Assembly: GCA_964016885.1 (NCBI GenBank)
Contig: CAXHJY010001316.1
Location: forward strand, 1 to 64,000
Length of the DNA: 64,000 nucleotides
Source of the DNA: Eledone cirrhosa
Taxonomy: Eukaryota
Direction of reading: 5' to 3'
Shown: positions 52,896 through 64,000 of the stretch, in pieces
How positions within the stretch are numbered: the first letter of the stretch is position 1
Layout of the letters: the number at the start of each line of letters is the position of its first letter
The notes under the pieces: model-generated
Told to the model about the DNA's origin: nothing
What the model saw: the letters and a program-made list of their open reading frames with translations, nothing else
Databases searched by the model: none
Program-made: the position numbers and the translations under genes

Positions 52896-53475
52896 AAATT
52901 CACTCTTTATCACACTTTCATTTGTTCTTCTTCTCGGGGAAATTAGGTGTCTTTTGGGTGCCAAATACGACTCCGTTAAAGATTCAGGGACCTCGTTTCC
53001 GTTGCTTACTTCCCTTCATAATATTTGAGCTTGTCTATGTTCCTTTTCATAGACAACGGCGGTTGTTTACACCAATGTTCATGTAACTGGTTATTTTGTA
53101 TAAAAAACTCATTTCGTGTTTTTTTAAATAAATTATTTAATACTAGTTATTATCGCTCTTAATCTATTATTACTAGTATCTACCAATTACACATATCTTT
53201 CATAATAATATTTCAAAAATGGTATCAAAGATAATACTGTTTTTTATGCAATTCTATAATTGGACGATCTATTGTTGTTGATTTAATATTCCTTTTTTAC
53301 CTGGTCATATCGACACTGTTGTGGTTGTTGGTGGTGTTGTTGTTGGTGGTGTTGGTGGTGTTGTTGCTGTTGGTGTTGTTGTTAGCGTTGGTGTTGTTGG
53401 TATTGTGGTTGTTGTTGGTGTATATATTGTTATATGTATATATGTATGTATATGTATATGTATATATATATATAT

Positions 53476-53509
<34 letters not shown>

Positions 53510-53764
53510 ATTGCTACGTACGCGTCAAGAAACTGTCCTTCTTAAGGGGTCTCTTGATAAGCCTTATCAACCTCACAGCGATGATGCACTTCTAAAGTGT
53601 ATATTGCTGCAAACGGGACTTAATAGGGATATTTTTGTCTATTATTTCCTCATACTTTTAATTTGGAAAGGGAGGTGTGGGCGGAGAGAAATGTGCTGCC
53701 CACCATTACGTTTGCTACAAGGTGGGTCAATGTTGCAAGAATGGCCCTTGAGCATGCACATGTG

Positions 53765-54030
53765 GGCTGGTTTATTTAGAGGTGAGGGGGGCGCCCTCCT
53801 AGGGTGCTCTTCGAGCGTCAGGTGGTTTAGGATTAGTGGGGTTCGTACTTCACCCCTCGGTGGCCATATTGGCGAATTTTTCTTGTTTTAATTCTTTTGT
53901 TCATTGCTATTTCTTTGTTAATTTCTTTCTATTCGATTTCCGTGTAAACCCCCACTGAACCCGTCTATTGTATTGTCCCCTATATGTCGACCTTGGTGGC
54001 CAATAAATGAAACAATTATTATTATTATTG
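53765..54030 (+). mobile_element. 3' UTR-only LINE remnant
   Basis: GGCTGGTTTATTTAGAGG..CGCCCTCCTAGGGTGC resembles the UTR at 39720-39765; ends CCTTGGTGGCCAATAAATGAAACAATTATT. Confidence 0.5.
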
Positions 54031-54037
54031 TTATTAT

Positions 54038-54237
54038 GGCGGTGGATTGGTAGAAATTGGTAGAGCGTCGGACAACATGCTTCGCAGCATAAAGTTACGT
54101 TCCTTTATGTTCTGAGTTCTGAGTTCAAATCCGGCCAAGTTTAGCTTAGCGTTTCATCCCTACGCGGTCGACAAATAAAGTACATTAATGCACTTCCAAT
54201 TGCCGGCCGTGTGCCTATAGTAGAAACAATAATTATT
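54038..54237 (+). mobile_element. S1 SINE, diverged full-length copy
   Basis: GGCGGTGGATTGG head, GAGTTCAAATCC, core and tail. Confidence 0.8.
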
Positions 54238-54574
54238 AGTATGTCACTCGAAAACTGCATCACTACTTACATCTCTCTTTTCCTCTACAATTCTCTCATC
54301 ATTCATCTCTCATAACCACTGCTTCATCTCATGTAAATGTTCTAAAGTGATCAAAGAAGACAGTTGTCATCCCCAGTTGCTGGCTTATCTATTGGTGATG
54401 ACACAGCTGTGAAACGATATTTAAACACCCATAAACTTGCCAGTCTCTCAAAGTGTTGTGAAAATTGTACGTCTCTAATTTACGATGTGTGATGAACATT
54501 CATTTTGTGTGGCGTAACCAACGTACATTCATAAGTAAGATATGCCGCATGGGCAGTATAATCATGATAATTTG

Positions 54575-55392
54575 TATATATATATATATATATACATATA
54601 TACATGCATACAAACATATACATATACATACATACATATACATATATGTAGATACATTCATATACATATATATATATACATACATTCATATATACATATA
54701 TATATATACATGCATGCATACATATATACATATATATACATGCTTACATGCATACATATATACATATATACACATGCTTACATGCATACATATATACATA
54801 TATATATATACATGCTTACATGCATACATATATACATATATATATATACATGCTTACATGCATACATATATACATATATATACATGCTTACATGCATACA
54901 TATATACATATATATACATGCTTACATATAAATATAAATATACATGCATGCATACATATAAATATACATGCATACATACATATAAATATACATGCATACA
55001 TACATATAAATATACATGCATACATACATATAAATATACATGCATACATACATATAAATATACATACATACATACATATAAATATACATGCATACATACA
55101 TATAAATATACATGCATACATACATATAAATATACATGCATACATACATATAAATATACATGCATACATACATATAAATATACATGCATACATACATATA
55201 AATATACATGCATACATACATATAAATATACATGCATACATACATATAAATATACATGCATACATACATATAAATATACATGCATACATACATATATATA
55301 TATACATGCATATATACATATATATATATACATGCATATATACATATACATGCATATATACATACATATATACATGCATATATACATACACA
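54575..55392. repeat. TA/CA-rich array including a 24-bp minisatellite CATATAAATATACATGCATACATA
   Basis: Direct reading; 8-aa periodicity in the spurious ORFs. Confidence 0.9.
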
Positions 55393-55393
55393 T

Positions 55394-55980
55394 ATGGTGG
55401 CTGCCAACTCGTTTTCGAGTACGGCCACTACTTTATATCCATGTAGGAGAACCCCTACCGATGCGCTGAACGAATGTGACTTTTTAGTCCAGCCAGCGAC
55501 TTGAAAACTCTGGTACAAAGACTACACTTGTGACCATTATTGACACATAGTGCAGGGCCCATGGTACCATGTGATGACAAGTGCAGAGAGATCTCCAGAT
55601 ATAAAGCAATGCCTGTGCTGTGAAGCTTTTATAGTGAGCAAAGGCACTGCACAAAGCCAGTCCCACTCTCTTAACCAAGATGATATTTACCAAAAAGAAG
55701 AACAAGTCAACATCATTGGATACCATCAGGGTTTCAGGTGTTATATCAGAGTTTTCCTTCTCCTAGAATTCTGCCTTGACAAAGGGGTCATCTCTCCCGG
55801 TGATTTTGGATGGCTATTGAGTCTTAAGAGCTCCCTTGCCCTTTGACAGGTTTTGTTTTTAGTCCTGCAGGATGTCTAAAGTCACCCTCCTCACCAAGAA
55901 ACCTTGGTGGGGTTGCCAGTTTAGTCGCCAACGACCCGACCATGAGACAGGTTGTACTGGGATACATGTTACCAGTAGCA
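55394..55980 (-). mobile_element. Internally deleted (bipartite) RTE-like non-autonomous retroelement, longer copy
   Basis: Minus strand: RTE-type 5' UTR motif CTAGGAGAAGGAAAACTCTGA, followed within ~300 nt by C2H2 finger [23 protein letters not shown] and a microsatellite tail. Confidence 0.65.
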
Positions 55981-56249
55981 CATACATATATACATGCATA
56001 TATACATACATATATACATGCATATATACATACATATATACATGCATATATACATACATATATACATACATATATACATACATATATACATACATATATA
56101 CATACATATATACATACATATATACATACATATATACATGCATACATAGATATATACATGCATACATACATACATGCATACATACATACATACATGCATA
56201 CATACATATATATATACATATACATACATATATATATATATATACATAC

Positions 56250-56281
<32 letters not shown>

Positions 56282-56311
56282 ATATATACATATACATATA
56301 TATATATATAC

Positions 56312-56350
<39 letters not shown>

Positions 56351-56360
56351 CATATATATA

Positions 56361-56803
56361 TGGTGGCTGCCAACTCGTTTTCGAGTACGGCCACTACTTT
56401 ATATCCATGTGGGAGAACCCCTACCTATACGCTGAACGAGTGTGACTTTTTAGTCCAGCCAGCGACTTGAAAACTCTGGTACAAACACTACACCTGTGAC
56501 AATTATTGACACATAGTGCTGGGCCCATGCTACCATGTGACGACAAGTGCAGAGATCTCCAGATATAAAGCAATGCCTGTGCCGTGAAGCTTTTATAGTG
56601 AGCAAAGGCACTGCACAAAGCCAGTCCCACTCTCTTAACCAAGATGATATTTACCAAAAAGAAGAACAAGTCAACATCATTGGATACCATCAGGGTTGCA
56701 GGTGTTATATCAGAGTTTTCCTTCTCCTAGAATTCTGTCTTGACAAAGGCTAAGGGGTCATCTCTCCCGGTGATTTTGGATGGCTATTGACTCTTAAGAG
56801 CCC
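56361..56803 (-). mobile_element. Second, 5'-truncated copy of the bipartite RTE-like element
   Basis: Closely similar to 55394-55832; [23 protein letters not shown]. Confidence 0.65.
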
Positions 56804-56906
56804 CATATATATATATATACATATATATATACAAACATACAAATACATACATATATATATATATACAAACATACAAATACATATATATATATATATATAC
56901 AAGCAT

Positions 56907-56937
<31 letters not shown>

Positions 56938-57639
56938 CATATGTATATATATGTGTGTCTGTGTGTGTATACGTATGCATAGCTACACATAAACATACAC
57001 ACACTCGTACGTGTACACGCAAGCACAAAACAATCTACATAAAATATTCAGACACGATACAGATCAACAACCATAAAGCTCACCCAAACACAAACGGGTA
57101 GACACAGACACACATACACACACATAAAGGATTCATCGACACACTTGTATACACACACAAACAATAGAAAAAGTCACAGACACACGCGTGTATCTATACA
57201 CATACACTCATACAAAATATACACACATTCGCGCGTGCACATACACACTCACTCACACACATACACACACAAACTACATAAAAACTCAGATACATGCATT
57301 CACACACGCACACTTCCATCAAAGGTACACAAACAGCACACACATAGGCAATAACACACACCCTCCAAATGCACTCCATCTGTAACATCATATATGACAC
57401 AACTGGACTCCCTATCGTGACCTCCACCTTCGAACGCCGGACTACCCTAACCAGCCTTAAAAACATTATTTCCAAACTCCGTTGATCCAACCTTTCCTCT
57501 CTCCAAACTCTTCATTTCCTGAAGACTTATTTCGGATATTTCGAAACCCTCATTTACTTCTTTCCAAGCCTGAAACTATTAAGACTTTGTGTTTTGCATC
57601 TATGCATTAGTATTTATATAGGCAGCGTATTGGGGGAAG

Positions 57640-60600
57640 TGGTTAGAATGTCAGATAGAATGGTAGAGTGGTTAGAACGTCAGATAGAATGGTAGAGTGG
57701 TTAGAACGCCAGATAGAATGGTAGTCGTTAGAACGTCAGATTGAATGGTAGAGTCGTTAGAACGTCAGGTTGAATGGTAGAGTGGCTAGAACGTCAGATA
57801 GAATGGTAGAGTGGTTAGAACGTCTGATAGAATGGCAGAGAGGTTAGAACGTCAGATAGAATAACAGTCGTTAGAACGTCAGGTAGAATGACGGTCGTTA
57901 GAACGTCAGGTAGAATGACGGTCGTGAGAACGTCAGGTAGAATGACGGTCGTTAGAACGTCAGATAGAATGACAGTCGTTAGAACGTCAGATAGAATGAC
58001 AGTCGTTAGAACGTCAGATAGAATGGCACTCGTTAGAACGTCATATAGAATGTCAGTCGTTAGAACGTCAGATAGAATGACAGTCGTTAGAACGTCAGAT
58101 AGAATAACAGTCGTTAGAATGTCAGATAGAATGACAGTCGTTAGAACGTCAGATAGAATGACAGTTGTTAGAACGTCAGATAGAATGACACTCGTTAGAA
58201 CGTCAGATAGAATGTCAGTCGTTAGAACGTCAGATAGAATGTCAGTCGTTAGAACGTCAGATAGAATGACAGTCGTTAGAACGTCAGATAGAATGACAGT
58301 CGTTAGAACGTCTGATAGAATGACACTCGTTAGAACGTAAGATAGAATGACAGTCGTTAGAACGTCAGATAGAATGCCATCGCTAGAACGTCAGATAGAA
58401 TGACAGTCGTTAGAACGCCAGATAGAATGACAGTCGTTAGAACGCCAGACAGAATGACAGTCGTTAGAACGTCAGATAGAATGGCAGTCGTTACAACGTC
58501 AGATAGATTGGCAGTCGTTAGAACGTCAGATAGAATGACAGTCGTTAGAACGTCAGATAGAATGACAGTCGTTAGAACGTCAGATAGAATGGCAGTCGTT
58601 AGAACGTCAGATAGAATGACAGTCGTTAGAACGTCAGATAGAATGGCAGTCGTTAGAACGTCAGATAGATTGGCAGTCGTTAGAACGTCAGATAGATTGG
58701 CAGTCGTTAGAACGTCAGATAGAATGACACTCGTTAGAACGTCAGATAGAATGACAGTCGTTAGAACGTCAGATAGAATGGCAGTCGTTAGAACGTCAGA
58801 TAGAATGGCAGTCGTTAGAACGTCAGATAGAATGGCAGTCGTTAGAACGTCAGATAGAATGGCAGTCGTTAGAACGTCAGATAGAATGGCAGTCGTTAGA
58901 ACGTCAGATAGAATGGCAGTCGTTAGAACGTCAGATAGATTGGCAGTCGTTAGAACATCAGATAGAATGACAGTCGTTAGAACGTCAGATAGAATGACAG
59001 TCGTTAGAACGTCAGATAGAATGACAGTCGTTAGAACGTCAGATAGAATGACAGTCGTTAGAACGTCAGGTAGAATGACAGTCGTTAGAACGTCAGGTAG
59101 AATGACAGTCGTTAGAACGTCAGATCGAATGACACTCGTTAGAACGTCAGATAGAATGGCAGTCGTTAGAACGTCAGATTGAATAACAGTCGTTAGAACG
59201 TCAGGTAGAATGACAGTCGTTAGAACGTCAGATAGAATGGCAGTCGTTAGAACGTCAGATAGAATGGCAGTCGTTGGAACGTCAGATAGAATGGCAGTCG
59301 TTAGAACGTCAGATAGAATAACAGTCGTTAGAACGTCTGATAGAATGACACTCGTTAGAACGTCTGATAGAATGACACTCGTTAGAACGTCAGATAGAAT
59401 GACACTCGTTAGAACATCAGATAGAATGACACTCGTTAGAACATCAGATAGAATGACAGTCGTTTGAACGTCAGGTAGAATGACGGTCGTTAGAACGTCA
59501 GATAGAATGGCAGTCGTTAGAACGTCAGATAGAATGACAGTCGTTAGAACGTCAGATAGAATGCCATCGCTAGAACGTCAGATAGAATGACAGTCGTTAG
59601 AACGCCAGATAGAATGACAGTCGTTAGAACGCCAGACAGAATGACAGTCGTTAGAACGTCAGATAGAATGGCAGTCGTTACAACGTCAGATAGATTGGCA
59701 GTCGTTAGAACGTCAGATAGAATGACACTCGTTAGAACGTCAGATAGAATGGCAGTCGTTAGAACGTCAGATAGATTGGCAGTCGTTAGAACGTCAGATA
59801 GAATGACAGTCGTTAGAACGTCAAATAGAATGACAGTCGTTAGAACGTCAGATAGAATGGCAGTCGTTACAACGTCAGATAGATTGGCAGTCGTTAGAAC
59901 GTCAGATAGAATGACAGTCGTTAGAACGTCAGATAGAATGACACTCGTTAGAACGTCAGATAGAATGGCAGTCGTTAGAACGTCAGATAGAATGGCAGTC
60001 GTTAGAACGTCAGATAGAATGACAGTCGTTAGAACGTCAGATAGAATGCCATCGCTAGAACGTCAGATAGAATGACAGTCGTTAGAACGCCAGATAGAAT
60101 GACAGTCGTTAGAACGCCAGACAGAATGACACTCGTTAGAACGTCAGATAGAATGACAGTCGTTAGAACGTCAGATAGAATGACAGTCGTTAGAACGTCA
60201 GATAGAATGACAGTCGTTAGAACGTCAGATAGAATGGCAGTCGTTAGAACGTCAGATAGATTGGCAGTCGTTAGAACGTCAAATAGATTGGCAGTCGTTA
60301 GAACGTCAGATAGAATGACACTCGTTAGAACGTCAGATAGAATGACAGTCGTTAGAACGTCTGATAGAATGGCAGTCGTTAGAACGTCAGATAGAATGGC
60401 AGTCGTTAGAACGTCAGATAGAATGGCAGTCGTTAGAACGTCAGATAGAATGGCAGTCGTTAGAACGTCAGATAGAATGGCAGTCGTTAGAACGTCAGAT
60501 AGATTGGCAGTCGTTAGAACATCAGATAGAATGACAGTCGTTAGAACGTCAGATAGAATGACAGTCGTTAGAACGTCAGATAGAATGACAGTCGTTAGAA

Positions 60601-63600
60601 CGTCAGATAGAATGACAGTCGTTAGAACGTCAGGTAGAATGACAGTCGTTAGAACGTCAGGTAGAATGACAGTCGTTAGAACGTCAGATCGAATGACACT
60701 CGTTAGAACGTCAGATAGAATGGCAGTCGTTAGAACGTCAGATAGAATAACAGTCGTTAGAACGTCAGGTAGAATGACAGTCGTTAGAACGTCAGATAGA
60801 ATGGCAGTCGTTAGAACGTCAGATAGAATGGCAGTCGTTAGAACGTCAGATAGAATGGCAGTCGTTGGAACGTCAGATAGAATGGCAGTCGTTGGAACGT
60901 CAGATAGAATGGCAGTCGTTGGAACGTCAGATAGAATGACAGTCGTTAGAACGTCAGATTGAATGGCAGTCGTTAGAACGTCAGATAGATTGGCAGTCGT
61001 TAGAACGTCAGATAGATTGGCAGTCGTGAGAACGTCAGATAGATTGGCAGTCGTGAGAACGTCAGATAGATTGGCAGTCGTGAGAACGTCAGATAGAATG
61101 ACATTCGTTAGAACGTCAGATAGAATGACAGTCGTTAGAACGTCAGATAGAATGACAGTCGTTAGAACGTCAGATAGAATGACAGTCGTTAGAACGTCAA
61201 ATAGAATGACAGTCGTTAGAACGTCAGATAGAATGGCAGTCGTTAGAACGTCAGATAGAATGGCAGTCGTTAGAACGTCAGATAGAATGGCAGTCGTTAG
61301 AACGTCAGATAGATTGGCAGTCGTTAGAACGTCAGATAGAATGACAGTCGTTAGAACGTCAGATAGAATGACAGTCGTTAGAACGTCAGATAGAATGTCA
61401 GTCGTTAGAACGTCAGATAGAATGACAGTCGTTAGAACGTCAGATGGAATGACAGTCGTTAGAACGTCAGATAGAATGACAGTCGTTAGAACGTCTGATA
61501 GAATGACACTCGTTAGAACGTCAGATAGAATGACAGTCGTTAGAACGTCAGATAGAATGCCATCGCTAGAACGTCAGATAGAATGACAGTCGTTAGAACG
61601 CCAGATAGAATGACAGTCGTTAGAACGCCAGACAGAATGACAGTCGTTAGAACGTCAGATAGAATGGCAGTCGTTACAACGTCAGATAGATTGGCAGTCG
61701 TTAGAACGTCAGATAGAATGACAGTCGTTAGAACGTCAGATAGAATGACAGTCGTTAGAACGTCAGATAGAATGGCAGTCGTTAGAACGTCAGATAGAAT
61801 GACAGTCGTTAGAACGTCAGATAGAATGGCAGTCGTTAGAACGTCAGATAGATTGGCAGTCGTTAGAACGTCAGATAGATTGGCAGTCGTTAGAACGTCA
61901 GATAGAATGACACTCGTTAGAACGTCAGATAGAATGACAGTCGTTAGAACGTCAGATAGAATGGCAGTCGTTAGAACGTCAGATAGAATGGCAGTCGTTA
62001 GAACGTCAGATAGAATGGCAGTCGTTAGAACGTCAGATAGAATGGCAGTCGTTAGAACGTCAGATAGAATGGCAGTCGTTAGAACGTCAGATAGAATGGC
62101 AGTCGTTAGAACGTCAGATAGATTGGCAGTCGTTAGAACATCAGATAGAATGACAGTCGTTAGAACGTCAGATAGAATGACAGTCGTTAGAACGTCAGAT
62201 AGAATGACAGTCGTTAGAACGTCAGATAGAATGACAGTCGTTAGAACGTCAGGTAGAATGACAGTCGTTAGAACGTCAGGTAGAATGACAGTCGTTAGAA
62301 CGTCAGATCGAATGACACTCGTTAGAACGTCAGATAGAATGGCAGTCGTTAGAACGTCAGATTGAATAACAGTCGTTAGAACGTCAGGTAGAATGACAGT
62401 CGTTAGAACGTCAGATAGAATGGCAGTCGTTAGAACGTCAGATAGAATGGCAGTCGTTGGAACGTCAGATAGAATGGCAGTCGTTAGAACGTCAGATAGA
62501 ATAACAGTCGTTAGAACGTCTGATAGAATGACACTCGTTAGAACGTCTGATAGAATGACACTCGTTAGAACGTCAGATAGAATGACACTCGTTAGAACAT
62601 CAGATAGAATGACACTCGTTAGAACATCAGATAGAATGACAGTCGTTTGAACGTCAGGTAGAATGACGGTCGTTAGAACGTCAGATAGAATGGCAGTCGT
62701 TAGAACGTCAGATAGAATGACAGTCGTTAGAACGTCAGATAGAATGCCATCGCTAGAACGTCAGATAGAATGACAGTCGTTAGAACGCCAGATAGAATGA
62801 CAGTCGTTAGAACGCCAGACAGAATGACAGTCGTTAGAACGTCAGATAGAATGGCAGTCGTTACAACGTCAGATAGATTGGCAGTCGTTAGAACGTCAGA
62901 TAGAATGACACTCGTTAGAACGTCAGATAGAATGACAGTCGTTAGAACGTCAGATAGAATGACAGTCGTTAGAACGTCAGATAGAATGACAGTCGTTAGA
63001 ACGTCAGATAGAATGGCAGTCGTTAGAACGTCAGATAGATTGGCAGTCGTTAGAACGTCAAATAGATTGGCAGTCGTTAGAACGTCAGATAGAATGACAC
63101 TCGTTAGAACGTCAGATAGAATGACAGTCGTTAGAACGTCTGATAGAATGGCAGTCGTTAGAACGTCAGATAGAATGGCAGTCGTTAGAACGTCAGATAG
63201 AATGGCAGTCGTTAGAACGTCAGATAGAATGGCAGTCGTTAGAACGTCAGATAGAATGGCAGTCGTTAGAACGTCAGATAGATTGGCAGTCGTTAGAACA
63301 TCAGATAGAATGACAGTCGTTAGAACGTCAGATAGAATGACAGTCGTTAGAACGTCAGATAGAATGACAGTCGTTAGAACGTCAGATAGAATGACAGTCG
63401 TTAGAACGTCAGGTAGAATGACAGTCGTTAGAACGTCAGGTAGAATGACAGTCGTTAGAACGTCAGATCGAATGACACTCGTTAGAACGTCAGATAGAAT
63501 GGCAGTCGTTAGAACGTCAGATAGAATAACAGTCGTTAGAACGTCAGGTAGAATGACAGTCGTTAGAACGTCAGATAGAATGGCAGTCGTTAGAACGTCA

Positions 63601-64000
63601 GATAGAATGGCAGTCGTTGGAACGTCAGATAGAATGGCAGTCGTTGGAACGTCAGATAGAATGGCAGTCGTTGGAACGTCAGATAGAATGGCAGTCGTTG
63701 GAACGTCAGATAGAATGACAGTCGTTAGAACGTCAGATAGAATGGCAGTCGTTAGAACGTCAGATAGATTGGCAGTCGTTAGAACGTCAGATAGATTGGC
63801 AGTCGTGAGAACGTCAGATAGATTGGCAGTCGTGAGAACGTCAGATAGATTGGCAGTCGTGAGAACGTCAGATAGAATGACATTCGTTAGAACGTCAGAT
63901 AGAATGACAGTCGTTAGAACGTCAGATAGAATGACAGTCGTTAGAACGTCAGATAGAATGACAGTCGTTAGAACGTCAAATAGAATGACAGTCGTTAGAA
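57640..64000. repeat. 27-bp tandem satellite, about 235 units, runs off the window end
   Basis: Unit AGTCGTTAGAACGTCAGATAGAATG(A/G)C; translates as MTVVRTSDR repeats. Confidence 0.98.

Noticed and set aside
57888-62650. MTVVRTSDR repeat proteins
   Set aside because: Translation of a 27-bp satellite, broken by stops and frameshifting units

Overview
AT-rich, gene-free eukaryotic repeat landscape. The SINE, LINE and microsatellite content looks molluscan, most like octopus; this is inferred from repeat style and not verified. No host protein-coding gene is supported, and nearly all long ORFs are read-throughs of (TA)n, (CA)n, (GGT)n or satellite DNA. Real coding remnants are a Penelope-like (Neptune-type) GIY-YIG C-terminus (10742-11836), a probable PLE N-terminal piece, three RLE-type LINE 3' ends, a CR1-like RT fragment, several 3' ends of one further LINE family, and an internally deleted RTE-like element in two copies. 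About 15 copies of a tRNA-derived SINE, a probable non-autonomous Helitron, a foldback element and two satellites (47 bp and 27 bp) are also present. The main hidden signal is 10 complete minimal type I hammerhead ribozyme motifs in 4 sequence families, plus one split motif. They have short, palindromic or near-palindromic stem III and mostly sit in inverted-repeat pseudo-LTR-like cassettes. The 27-bp satellite appears to derive from a tRNA-SINE head.
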